Of a DNA stretch of 64,000 nucleotides, positions 25,860-38,674 are shown one piece after another. The DNA comes from Mobula hypostoma. Taxonomy: Eukaryota. A program made the position numbers and the translations under genes. Under the pieces are notes generated by a model. The model saw only the letters and a program-made list of their open reading frames with translations. It did no database searches and was not told the DNA's origin. The stretch is taken from NCBI RefSeq assembly GCF_963921235.1, contig NC_086111.1, positions 23,250,001-23,314,000 of the forward strand, given 5' to 3'. Within the stretch, counting starts at the first letter, position 1, and every line of letters starts with the position of its first letter.

Positions 25860-26320
25860 TTAATGCAAATATCTATTCAACCACTCATGTGGCAGCAACT
25901 CAATGCATAAAAGCATGCAGACGTGGTCAAGCGGTTCAGTTGTTTAGAACAAACATCAGAATGGGGAAGAAATGTGATCAGTGACTTTGACCGTGCATTG
26001 ATTGTTGGTGCCACATGGTTTGAGTATCTCAGAAACTGCTGATCTCCTGGGGTTTTCATGCACAACGTTGTCTAGAATTTACAGAGAATGGTGTGGAAAA
26101 TAAAAAGCACTCAGTCAGTGGCAGTCTGTGGGCGAAAATGTTTTGTTAATGACAAAGCTCAGAGGAGACTAGCTAGACTGGTCAAGTTAACAGAAAGGCA
26201 ACAATAACTCAACTAACCACACGTTACAACAGTGGTATGCAGAAGACTCATCACTGAACACACCTATTGAACCTTGAAGTGGATGGGCTACAGCAGCAGA
26301 AGACTATGAACATGCGCTCA
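25860..26320. mobile_element. Tc1-like internal fragment
   Basis: Inverted similarity to 9560-9935. Confidence 0.55.
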
Positions 26321-28484
26321 TGTTTTTAGGTTTTAACTACCAAGCTCCAATTTCTTGATGCTTCAGTTTTAGCCTCCTCTACGCTGCTCTTTCATCCTTT
26401 AAGATGCACTTCAGATGTGCATACTTGAGGGTGTCAATTTCGTTCGACCATGCTTTAGTGAATTTCCTTGTGATGTTTAGGTCTGCTGAAATGGAAGTTG
26501 TTCATAGGTACTCTCAACTTAGGAGACAGTCATACTTTAAATATCACAGCCAGACCTTTCAGGAGAGATGTTAACAAACAGTTTCACATCTGAAGTGTTG
26601 GGATAGTGAAAGTGGTGTAAAATCTGGAATTGTTCTCCACCAATGTCAGTTGATGCTAGGGTCATTGTTGACTTTAGGATTGACATGGTGTTTACCAAAA
26701 GGCTTGAAATTTAGGACAATAGCAGGTATATGGAGTAAAATCATAGATTAGCTATACTCTGGAGTGGTCAGGCAGGCTACTGCTCACATGATGAAGAAAA
26801 ATAAAGCAAAATAGATTTAGAGGTAATGGAGGAACAGAAGAAGTGAACATTACACAAACTTCTGAACTTCTAGTAGAAATGCAGCTTTAGAGTTCAAAGT
26901 AAATTTATTATCAAAGTACATATACAGTATATCATCGCGTACTAGACTGATTCATTTTCTTGCAGGCATTTACAGTAGAACAAAGAAGTACAATAGAATC
27001 AATGAAAAAATCCGCACAAAGACTGACAAGCAACCAATGTGCTAAAGAAGACAAACTGTGCAAATACAAAAAAAGAACTACTTAATCAATCAAGCAATTA
27101 ATTTACTAATATTGATTGTATATCAGTTGAGTTGTAGAGTACTTGAATGTGAGTCCATAGGTTGTGTTCAGTGATCAGTGTTGTGGTGAGTGAAGACGTC
27201 CATGCTGATTTAGGAGCCTGAGGTTTAAGGAACGGTTATTCCTGAACCTTTTGTGGGACCTAAGGCTCCTGTACCTCCTTCCTGATGGTAACAGCAAGAA
27301 GTCAAGTCAAGATTATTGTCATTTTGACCATAAGCTGCTGGTACAGTACACAGTAAAAATGAAACAACGTTCCTCCAAGACCCTGGTGCTCCATGAAACA
27401 AAAGAACAGAGCATGACCAGGATGGTGATGAGTTTCAAGGCTAACCATGAAACGTAGCCAACATGAGGAAGGAGATCAAAGCAGAATTATGGCCCAGGAA
27501 GAGTAGAAACCTGAAGAGAGCAGCGTAGGGATCAAAATAGAGATGGAGAAGCAGAATCGGTGAGGAAGCAGTATTTGGAGAGAACGTATGACTGGTATTG
27601 CAGATATGTTCAAAGGTTCGTTTTATTGTCAAAGTATGCATATACGATACAATTCTGATATTTGTCTTCTTCAGATAGCCATGAAATACACACGATAAAG
27701 AAAAAGAAACAAAACTCATAGACCCCAGAATTCCCCACCTGTTATGGTGATGATAACAATCCTCGGCCCCTCACCCACAGAAAAAAACAACGATAATATA
27801 GTCCCTGATCCCCTCACTTGCAGAAAAAAATAGCACAATAGCAACACATCCCCAATCACCCCCAACAGAAAAAAAAGTGACAATGACGATCTCTGACCCC
27901 CTCAAAAATAGTGACAGTAGCGTCAAAAAACCCCTACACCCCGCGCCCCCCCTCACACACAAAGAATTAACTGATCACCCGCCCGCCAATTGACCACAAG
28001 AACGAAAATGCCAAGAAAATGAAGGAGACCAATTTAAAGTACAGTCCAATCATATAAATCTCAGAACATCAAACATGTGGCCTAGGAAGAGAAAAAGTGA
28101 GTGGTGGGAAATGTGTGCAGGGATTGGATTGGGGGTGGCTAGTTGGAAGTGGTTTTGGCAGGGGGATATTAGTGGAGCCTGGGATGTGAACTACTTTGCA
28201 TCCAACCTGATTAGTCCTGCTTCATACCTTAAGCTAAGGACAGCAGTGTTGATTTCCCAGAGAGTTTGAAATGTGCAGTTACTGATTTCACCAGGGGCTC
28301 AAGATACATACAGTATCACTTTATAGCCTAAGAGTGAAAGACACCAGCTTTCTTTCCACTACTTCACCTTCTTGTAATTGTTAGTATAAACTTGGGGAAT
28401 TGAGCGTGTGTTGTAATCAGTTAAAACAGCTTTTGACAGAGTCCAAATAGTCTCGGGTTCTGATTCGTGATCAACTCAATGATA

Positions 28485-28995
28485 CGCACAGTTCTGGTCA
28501 CCTAACTCCAGTACAGGAAAGATATCAATAAGATGGAAAGAGTACAGAGGAAATTTACAAGGATGTTGCCAGGACTTGAGGACCTGAGTTATGAGGAAGG
28601 ATTGAATAAGTTAGGACTTTATTCCTTGGAGTGTAGGAGAATGAGGAAAAATTTGATAGAGGTGTACAAGATTATGAGTGATATTGATAGGATAAGTGCA
28701 AACAAGTTTTTGCCACTGAGGTTGGGTGAGACTAGAACTAGAGATCATGGGTTAAGGATGAAAGGTGAAATGTTTAAGGGATCATGAGAGGGTGGTGAGA
28801 GTGTGAAACACACTGCAAGAAGAAGTGGTGGATGTGAGTTTGATTTCAACATTGAAGAGAAGTGTGGGCAAGTATGTGGATGGAAGGGGGATGGAGGGCT
28901 ATGGGCCAGGTGTGGGTCGATGGGACTAGGCAGAATAATATTTCATCATGCACGAGGTGGGCCGAGGGGCCTGTTTCAGTGCTTTATAACTCTAT
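28485..28995 (+). mobile_element. CR1 3' fragment
   Basis: ERVQRKFTRMLPGL...LIEVYKIM. Confidence 0.8.
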
Positions 28996-31900
28996 GATGT
29001 GATGGAATAAAAGCCAGGACATCCAAGTAACATAAGAAGGGTCTGGACCAATTGATTATATACAGAACATGTGATATGGACACACAGTATTTCCAAATAC
29101 TGGACTCATTTTAAAAACTATGACTCTGCTAGTGACATCACTTGGTGATTCCTTGACTCTCTTCCATTCTCAATGTACTTCACCAAATCAAGCATGCAGT
29201 TTAAATTATGTCAAATAGCCAGAACAATGCATTTGTCAAATTTAGTGGCTTACAATGGCCTGGATAGATTTACAGTGCATGTTAAAGGGATAAACTATTG
29301 ATTGAATGTATTATGTGCAATAAAACCTTCCATTTGTGAAGCATTGTCTTTTTCAGCTGTGTTACAATTGCTACTGCAAAGCTAATAAAATTATTCAATA
29401 TGGGTTGGAGAACGAAACCGTCATGCCGTCTTGGTATTGTTATCTACGAAGTCCCCTTGCTGCTGCCTTTCCTCATAGTTCCAATAATTTTTCCCATATT
29501 GTATTTGTGCAATTCCCTTTTGAAAATTACTGCTGAATCTGTTCCTAAGCTTGACAGGCTGTTCATGGTTTGAACTGCATGATGCTAGTATTCTGTAAAA
29601 TCTGAATTCAAGTGTTAGTGCTGGACATTCACTGAATTCATTAATGTTTGCATTGTGCCTTGTGCGTAGCTTACCTGACAATGCACTCAATTATTATAGT
29701 AGAGATAATGAGTTTTTCTAAAAGATAATTCACTAAATAATACATTCCAAAGTGTGTGTGTGTCCATGTCTGAATTCTCACTACTTGGGAATGCAAAGAT
29801 GAAGTAACCATATTTTTGTACTGCACCGGTGTCAGAAGACAGGCAAGAGAAGGGGTTAAACAAATACCATTATGGTTGATTACTGCTAATGACTCAAGGG
29901 TAAATAATGAGACATGTCTACCCACAGCCGCTACATAAATTATCCCTGATAACGGGCTCATGTTAGCTCAGCAAGGAAAGCAATTCCTTTTCAGTATCTG
30001 TTTTAAATTTGTATTTTTTGAGTCTAATGGTTTGACCTACCTTCAAATGTTTTGTCTCAAGCGCACAAGTCAATATTCTCCACGCCTCTCTAAGATTGTC
30101 CCCAGGATCATTCTTAATGGGCCTAACAGAGTTGATGAAGGGATCATATTTCTCCTGGTTCAGGGTCTTCAGACTGGAGGTTTTAGGCACAGTGTCCACG
30201 AGTCTGAGGGTCCAGGGCCAAGAACTGGTGGGCAGAAGCCCAGAGACGACCTGTTCTGGTGTTGGAGGCCTGACTGTATGTGTCAGAGCATGGGAAAGAG
30301 GCTTGTTTTGCTATTGTTGTTTTGTTTTTATTGTCGTTGCTTGTGTTGTTCTGCTGAAAATGGTGGGCATGGTATATTGGTGCCGGAATATGCGATGCTT
30401 TGAAAATCACTGGGCATTGTAAAGTATTTATTTCACTAGAGCTAAGCCTTATCTAATTTAGGGAGTCTAGTGAGACCAGCTTCACTGTCTAACCCCTGAA
30501 ATTGGCAAGCAAGCTGTATGCCTACAATGACATCACTTTACAGGCATCATATTTAGTCAAGAGCACACACAGTAATATTTCATATATGTGGAAGCCTTCC
30601 TCTTTTTCCACTTTCCTCTTCTAGATTATATCATCGATTCAGGTTGTCAGTGGCTTCACTCCCAGACAATCTCCTGAGAATGATGCACTGGAGAGGAACA
30701 ACTAAATTATCAGAGATCAGGAGGGCTGTTCTTTTCTACCTCCTCCCCATTCCCCCCACCACCTCCCCCCCGGCCCCTGCACCCCAACCACCCATCTCAC
30801 ATAGAAAGCTTGAGGGGGGATTTGATTAATGTTTCTTTTTAAATGTATGATAATACAAATAGAAAATGTTGGTGTGAATAGATAGGGAAAGTTTTTGTGG
30901 GAGCATGGAATGGAAAGAATACGTCTTAAAGACTGAAATTTAAACAGATCTTGGTTCCTCAGATGGCTCAGAGTCAGTGTTCTTCTGGAGATGAAATACT
31001 ACATATCTGGGACCAGGAATGAGTAAGCGTGTAAGCATCGACGTGCATTTTAAGGTGTGCCTTAAAAACATCCTTTAGTAAGTATTTGGTCATGTAACTA
31101 AAAATCTCCATGAGGCTTTCGTAACATTTCAGTCAAATTCCTTGAATGATTTTACTGCATCAAAGTACCCACAGCTGAATACAAAGTAACAGCACAAATC
31201 AGAATTATTAGCAGCTATCATAGACTCAGTGATGAATTCCAAGAAGTTAAAAGCAAATATGAATATTCAGAAAGTGCACAATCAAGTGAAGAGGGATGTT
31301 ACAAGTCAGAAGAATCTGCTCCTTGGTATTCAGTGTTAGAGAGTTCAGAGCATGCAATCTGGAAACTGAGTACAGCCAGAAAATAAAATACAGAAAATTT
31401 TCTGAAAATAGAGATAGATAGATAAATCAATCAATCAATCAATAATTCCACTCTACTTCTCAGCAGATACTTAAAACACCACAAAAATATATAAGATTTT
31501 GAGGTGTAGGTGTATAGAAAGATTTTAAAGGAATCTCAGAAGGTGAGGCAAGGCAAACATCCCAACATCACTCCCCACCCCCCCACCATGCAGGACTCAC
31601 AATCCTTCTTGCTGGGATATTAGTTCTCTTCCAGTTTAGGTGCCACATGTTAAAATTGTATGATTTTCCTATTTCTGGCCTCACTGGCATGTGGCATGGG
31701 CAGCAATCCTGAGATCACAACCCTGGAGGTCCTGCCCTTTAATTTAGTACCTAACTCCCTGAACTCACTTTCAGAACTTCATCCCTCTTCCTACCTATGT
31801 CTATATGGACCACGACCTCTGACTGCTCACTCTTCCACGTAAGATTGTTAAAAACTCGATCTAAGATGCCCTGGACTCTGGCATCTGGGAGGCAACATTG

Positions 31901-32512
31901 CATCTGGGAATCTCATTCTCGTCAACAGAGCCGCCTTTCTGGTCCCCTAATGAATCCCCTATCACCACAGCTCACCTCTTCTCCCCCCTTCCCTGCTGAG
32001 CCATAGAGCCAGACTCACTGCCAGAGACCTGACCGCTATGACTTTTCTCTACTAAATCATATCCCCAACCGCATCCAGTGTTGTTGAGGAGTATCCTGTA
32101 GTAGCTGTTTAACACATTTTACCTTGACTGCCACCCAGTTTCCTGTGCCCTGCACCTTGGGTGTAACTACATCTTTATATGTCTCCCAAATGATCTGAAG
32201 TTTATCCAGTTCCAGCTCTAACTCCTTAATGCAGGATGTTAGAAGCTGGACATTGGAGGTCTCCCTGCCTTCTCACATCCCACTCTTACATTGTCCACTC
32301 CGACAAAGGCCGCTCCACTTACCCATGCCTTATTTTAATTTGCACTTGCTACTGAATCTCAATCTCTGATTGGCTGTTGTTCAAACACTGTAACTTCTGC
32401 AAAGCACTGGCTTTTAATGTACATTTGCTGACCTGAGTGAGTCATTCCTTCTCTCACTCTCAATCTGACTGGTCGCTGCTCAAATTTTAACAATTTGAGG
32501 CAATAAAAATTT

Positions 32513-32817
32513 CCTTTTTTTTTGGAGTGTGCCTGCGTGCACACGTGTGCGTGCGTGCATCCGTTATGATGTCTTTTTCATGGCTTTTACAAGGCGCAGA
32601 GCAAGAGAGAGAGAGAGAGAGAGACTGTGTGGCGCGCCACTCCTCACATAAACATTTACGCAGTATTTTCCCTTTATTTTACGAGGTCGTGTTGCATTCT
32701 CGACACTCAACCAGGCACGGATGGAAAGCGTACTCAGGGGTGGGCCCGACTAGTTTCGAACCTGGGAGCTTCCGCTCCCGGGTCCAGCGCTGATGTCGTT
32801 GTGCCACCAGCCGGCCC
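32513..32817 (-). mobile_element. tRNA-headed SINE with A-rich tail and TSD
   Basis: Minus strand starts GGGCCGGCTGGTGGCACAACG (A-box-like) and has B box GGTTCGAAACT (32762-32752). Flanks GCAATAAAAATTT and GCAATAAAACTTT. Confidence 0.7.
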
Positions 32818-32924
32818 GCAATAAAACTTTTAAAATTTATTCTTATAACATTACAGCACAATTCAGGCCTTTCAGCCGATGACATGCTGATCTTTAAACC
32901 TACACTAAGATCACTCTGTTTCAT

Positions 32925-34633
32925 TCCCCCAAGTTCAGTCCCTTCCTACCTACATCCATGATACTTCACATGCTCTGGGTCTTTCAATGATTTCAGGTTC
33001 CCTGACTCCTATTATCTTATTTTTACAATGGATGCCCAGTCCCTATACCTCAAAGCTCACTGTTTCTTTCTGGACACCAGACCAAACCAGTTCTCCTCCA
33101 CCACCACTCTCCTCTGTCTAGCAGATCTTGTCCACACTTTTAATAATTTCTCCTTTGGCTCCACCCACTTTCTTCAAACAAAAGGTGTAACCATGGGCAC
33201 TCGCAAGGGTCCCAGCTGTGCCTGACTTTTTGTCGGCTACATGGAACAGTCTATGTTCCTAGCCTACACAGGTATCTGTCCCCCACTCTTCCTATGCTAT
33301 GGCTTACTTACAGATGTTTATTATATGCCTATGGACTCTCACGGCTACCCGCATTATACCTCTTCCCACCGTTACTTGTAAAAATGCCATCCCTTCTCTT
33401 AGTTCCTCTGCCACATCTGCTCTCAGGATGAGGCTTTTCATTCCAGGAGAAGGAGATGTCCTCCTTTTTCAAAGAAAGGGTCTTTCCTTCCTCCACCATC
33501 AACATTGCCCTCAATCACATCTCTTCCATTTCACACACATCTACTCTCACTCCATCCTCCCACCACCCTGACAGGGATAGGGTTCCTCTTGTCCTCACCT
33601 ACCACCCCACCAGCCTCCATGTCCAGCACAAAATTCTATGTAGCTTCCGCCATGTACAATGGGATCCCACCACCAGGCACATCTGTCCCTCCCCCCCCCC
33701 CCACTTTCTGCAGGGATTGCTCCCTGTGACTCCCTTGTCCATTCCCCTCCCCCTCCCCCCACTGATCTCCCACCTGGCATTTATCCTTGCAAACAGAACA
33801 AGTGCTACACCTCCCTCCTCACCACCATTCAGGCCCTAAACAGTCCTGGGAGGGGACATTTCACCTGTGAGACTGTTGTGGTCATCTACTGTACCTGGTG
33901 CTCGTGATGTGGCCTCTTATATATTGATGAGACCCTACGTAGATTGGGAGACCGCTTCACTGAGCATCTACGCTGTCCACCAGAAGAAATTAGATCTCCC
34001 AGTAGCCATCTGTTTTAATTCCACTTCCCATTCCCATTCCGATGTCAATCCTTTGCCGCCTCTACTGTCGCGATGAGGCTACACTCAGGACCCTTATTTT
34101 GTCTGGGTAGCCTCCAACCTGACGACATGAACATAGATTTCTCAAACTTCTGGTATTGCACCCCCCCCCCTTCACCATTCCCCATCCCCTTGTCCTCTCA
34201 CCTCACCTCCTTGCTTGTCCAATGCCTCCCTCTGGTGCTCTTCCTCCCTTCTGTACTACTACTACGTCGACTCGGGCCTAGGGGGCCGGCGTCGGGCACA
34301 ATGACGGACTCTCCACTTCTCCCTCGCCCTCATCAGTGTGTCTGTCCTCTCCTATTATATCCCCCTTCTCCAGCCCTGTTTTACTTTCACAGATCAACTT
34401 CCCAGCTCATTACTTCATCCCTCCCTCTTCAGGTTTCACCTGTTGCCTTGTGTTTCTCCCTACCCTTCCAGTTGTAATTCTACTCATCGTTTTTTCTTCA
34501 GTCCTGCTGAAGGGTTTCGGCCCAAAAGAGTGACTGTATTCTTTTCCATAGATGCTGCCTGGCCTGCTGAGTTCCACCAGCATTTTGTGTGTGTTGCCTG
34601 GATTTCCAGCATCTGCAGATTTTCTTATTTGTG
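32925..34633 (+). mobile_element. Penelope-like element (decayed RT, linker, GIY-YIG, terminus), inserted in a minus-strand CR1 (32850-35190)
   Basis: QTKGVTMGTRKGPS, RVPLVLTYHP and FTCE..VIYC.WC fragments; hammerhead-like motif at 34500-34536. Confidence 0.85.
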
Positions 34634-35544
34634 CTAAGATAAATCTAACTCTTCCCTCCTACGCAACCCTGTTTTTCTAATATCTGTGTGCCTATGACTT
34701 TCTTAAATCCCCTTGGTGTATCTGACTCTACCACCACCCCTCGTAGGGTGTTCCATTCACTCACCACTCCTTGTTTTTAAAAAATACTTAACCCTGGCAT
34801 CCCTACCCCTTTCTTCAAATCACCTTAAAATGATGCCCCTGGTATGAGACATTTCTGCCCTGGGAAAGTCTCTCGCTGTCCACTCGAGCTACAAACGTTT
34901 GTATATCTCTTATCAGCTTGTACATCTCTATCAAGTTACCTCTCATCTTCCTTCACTCCAGAAAGATAAGATTTAGCTCGCACAACCTGCCCTCATTAAA
35001 CGTGCTCTCTAATCCAGGCTGCATCCTTGTAAATTTGCTCTGCACTCTCTCTAGAGCTTCCACATTCTTACTATAATGAGGTGACCAGAACTGAACATAA
35101 TTTTCCAAGTGTTTACAGAGCTGCAACTCTTGAACTCACCCCACTGACTGATGAAGGCCAACATCCCATATGCCTTCTTTACAACCATATCATCTGGTAG
35201 AAATTTTCCCCAAAGGACTAATTGTACTCAAAACTTATTATTAAAACCAAGTGGCCGTTAATAAATACAGACCAAAAAGTCAAGAGTAGTCAGATCCTGA
35301 AACCATCTGTGACAGATACCACAGTAAAATTAAATAGGAACTGTTGAGATTGCAGAATTAATAAACGTTGATAGAAGAGTGTAATTATAACATTGAGACA
35401 GCAGGATCTGGAAAGAGGAAATTTAAGCCATATGTATGACTTTGTTTTTACAAGTGGTTTTAAAATATGTACATTTAGAAAGGCAATTTGAAGTAGAGTT
35501 TTGTCTTAGAACTTGGGGAGGGCACATCACTGGACACAAAGTAA

Positions 35545-35605
35545 GCAATCTTAATTTTACAAAACACAAAAACCACAAAACTAGTTACTCAGTTCACATT
35601 TTATT
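35545..35605 (-). terminator. Probable RASSF1 polyadenylation signal, implying a ~2.3 kb 3'UTR
   Basis: AATAAA on the minus strand at 35605-35600, followed ~20 nt later by a GU/U-rich tract (GTTTTGTGGTTTTTGTGTTTTG). Confidence 0.65.
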
Positions 35606-36844
35606 GAATAAAACTTAAAATACAACATAATTTATAAACTTCTTTAGTCAGGTGGAGTACTTCGGTTCAGATCATAGCCCGTTTCTCTTAGACTGCTGGT
35701 TGTACCCTACCACTATTCACAATGTCAATAGTGCTTTTCAGTGGATTCACAAACAGAGCTGTGAGAGCAGGACAGGTGGTTCCACATCATCACGCCTCTC
35801 CTCCTGGGGAAGAGTACCAGTCCTAAGCTGACAGTCTATCAAACCAGAGTGATAGTCACAGAGAATTCTGAACCTGTCCTCGCCTTTAGTTCAAAAAGGA
35901 GTTAACAGCCTGCAGTCAGGAGCGAAACCACTGGAACATTCAGCAAATCAGGCCACATCTGCAGTGAGGAAAAAGTGTTCAGGCGAAAGACCCTTCATCA
36001 CAACTGTGGGGGAAAAATACTGATTTGTTTTCTCTTTTCCAATTCTGAAGAAGGATCTTTGACCTGAAAATAAACTTTTGCACAGATGCTACCTGACCTG
36101 CTAAGTGGTTCCAACAATCTGAGATTTCCAGCATCTGTAGTTTTTTTAAAAATGAATCTTATTTTGATTCCTGAGCCAAATCAACTCGCACCAGGGATTA
36201 AACACAGGACCCCATAATGCACAAGGCTCAGAATTCACCAACAGCCATTGGAAATGGATTTCTGTTCCAGGAGGCATTTGTGCAAATAATTGTGACTTAA
36301 AATTATTGCTAACAAGATACACATAACAAATGTACAGCTGCCCATTGGTCAATTTAGGATCAAGATGTATCCAGGTTTGCATTCTACTCGTGAATTGCAG
36401 CTTTGAATTATAATGACTGCTTACTGAGTGATTACCCCAAAAATAAATTGCCCTTAGCCTAAAATAATCAAGAATCATCACTAATTTCTCACACGTGCAA
36501 CTTTGCCTGCTGAACACCGCTTATTGCCAATGCTCCAAACCTTTCTTTTCCCACTCTCCCTCCCACTTCAGACTTACTGCCTTGACATTGAGCTGTCCCC
36601 AAATTTGCCAAATGCACACCAAACTGATACTCACTCTCATTACACCATACTAAGCTGGATACTCAATCACTTCACCCAAGCCAACGTAACCTTCCCATTC
36701 ACATCACCCACACCATACCAGTTGTATCCCTCTCTGCCTCCCATTCTAAACTGCATCCCCTCACTCAGCCAAGCCCATACTGTACCCCCATAGCCTAAAT
36801 ACAACTGAACTCCTTACATCTCATTTCTCTTTTTCAAGCGACCC

Positions 36845-37035
36845 GTGTTCAGTTCCTGCTGCTGTCTGTAAGGAGTTTGGATGTTCTCCCCGTGACCATG
36901 AGGGTTTCCTCCGGGTGCTCCTGTTTCCACTCACATTCAAAAGATATAAGGGTTAGCAGGTTCACTGGTCCCATGGGTGTAATTGGCCAGCACGGGTTTG
37001 TTGGGTCAAAGGGCCTATTAACATGCTGCATCGCT
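36845..37035 (+). mobile_element. V-domain SINE (HE1-like), antisense within the RASSF1 3'UTR
   Basis: V-domain-like GTTCTCCCCGTG...GGGTTTCCTCCGGGTGCTCC. Related minus-strand copies lie near 21350-21560, 43560-43745 and 49590-49750. Confidence 0.65.
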
Positions 37036-37830
37036 AAAATAAAATAAATTAAAGGAATACTTACTACATTCTGACGGACAGAAACGATGAGTCACCTGCC
37101 CCCTGACTCTACCATCTTGCCTTCAGCTGGCATTGGTGTGAGAGGATTGATGTGCTGAACAAGTGTGGAGTTAGGGAGGGATCTGAAGATCTTATGTCCT
37201 CTTCTTGCTGGTTAAGCTCCTGAGGTTTTGTTCACCAACTTTACCCCTGATTTTAAGAGTCAGACTGAGCTAAAAGTTCTCATCCCTGGGAAATCCCATC
37301 AATACCAGAATGAAATTCCCTTGTAGTTATTATCTACATAACACAGATATTTTTTTACACTTCTATATATATATATATCAGTGCTTGTGTGGCGGATGAG
37401 AATACAGCGTAAGCAACCAAAAGAAATTGCGACAGGATCGCTGCCCCCCCATCATACAAACCATGGTGAACAAAGTGCTCAGATAATGTGAGGAAGTCAT
37501 GAAGCTCGGTACATTCATCTGCATGGGCACCTCCCAGTAAAGCAGGAAGCTGCTCAAGGTAGCAGGGTGAAGGGATTTCCTTCCTTGGGCAGAGACTTCC
37601 CACAAACGGCTTGCAACTGTTCAATTCAGCATCAAGTAAAGAACTCAGTCACACTTACTAACGTCAGGCAGATCTTCTATACCACACAATATCCCACCCA
37701 GCTCGTAGTAACTCACTCAAAACTTGTATTCTCCACAGTTTGTACTTTGCTCCTGGCCAAACCAGGTAACATTGGTTCACCGTTCATACATGTGAGCGTG
37801 TGCGCAAGGTTTTTATTTCCCCCCTATCAT

Positions 37831-37877
<47 letters not shown>

Positions 37878-37884
37878 TTCTCTC
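37831..37884. repeat. (TC)n/(GA)n microsatellite just after the RASSF1 stop codon
   Basis: Direct reading. Confidence 0.95.
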
Positions 37885-37911
37885 TTGTCACTTGATGGCA
37901 AGGGATTCCGG

Positions 37912-38058
37912 TCAACCAGGGGAGCGGTTGGCGAGCTCCTCTTGCATCTTCTGCCGGCAACGGGCGTACTTTCCGAACATCTGCCTGACGTGCTCCTCCT
38001 CCTCCCGCTGTAGGATTCTCAGGAAGTTCTGCAGCTCCGGTAGAGTGAAGGCATCCCA
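37912..38058 (-). CDS. RASSF1: RASSF1 last coding exon (SARAH domain)
   Basis: Polypyrimidine tract and ttcag|TGG. WDAFTLPELQNFLRILQREEEEHVRQMFGKYARCRQKMQEELANRSPG followed by TGA. Confidence 0.96.
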   Translation of the reverse strand, partial: WDAFTLPELQNFLRILQREEEEHVRQMFGKYARCRQKMQEELANRSPG

Positions 38059-38674
38059 CTGAACAAAGAAGAGAAAAGAAAGAAAAACACCCATGGTCAC
38101 CGCTCCTCACAAACTCATTTTACCTCCGCTCCTAAGTCACAATAGCACATCTGTGGCTCTTCTAGGGTGGAACAGTGAAAGTCATTGGACTTTATATGCT
38201 GCTTCCCTTGTTTTCAGGACAGTCAAAGTGCTTTATAACCCCAATATCATTACTGTCATGATATAGAAAACAAAGCTGCCAATTTGTAAATGACAAGCTT
38301 CCACAAAACCAATGAAATAAGGACTGTTTAGCTCTGTTTTTATAATTTGATTTTGCAGCCCTGCTGTCCTTCAATCTCATCCTACATCAAAGGCAGCAGT
38401 ACCTTGGTTTAATGTTGTGTCTGAAAGAAAGCACCTTGTGTACCCCTCTCATGCGGAACTAAAATATGTGCTCAACTTTCTGGGCATGGGTTCTGATAAC
38501 ATGACTGTGTCTCAGAGGTGAGTGTTTTACCAAGTTGATACATCTATTCGTTGTCTTGGTCCTTCATTGTGATTTAATTGACACCATTTTGAAAGCTCTA
38601 TGAGCTGTTTCCTGTGACTAAAGATGAGCTCAGATGTAAGGTGTCTGCGTGCTCATTTTAGCCAGAAATGTTAC

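Noticed and set aside
32740-32817. Genuine tRNA gene
   Set aside because: It has A/B boxes but is followed by a SINE body, A-tail and TSD, with no convincing cloverleaf.
37812-37817. Proximal AATAAA as the main RASSF1 poly(A) site
   Set aside because: It lacks a GU/U-rich downstream element, and the 35600 site is much better. Minor use is not excluded.
37905-37914. Stop-codon readthrough at RASSF1 TGA-C
   Set aside because: The context is TGACCGG, not the TGACTAG motif, and no other support was seen.
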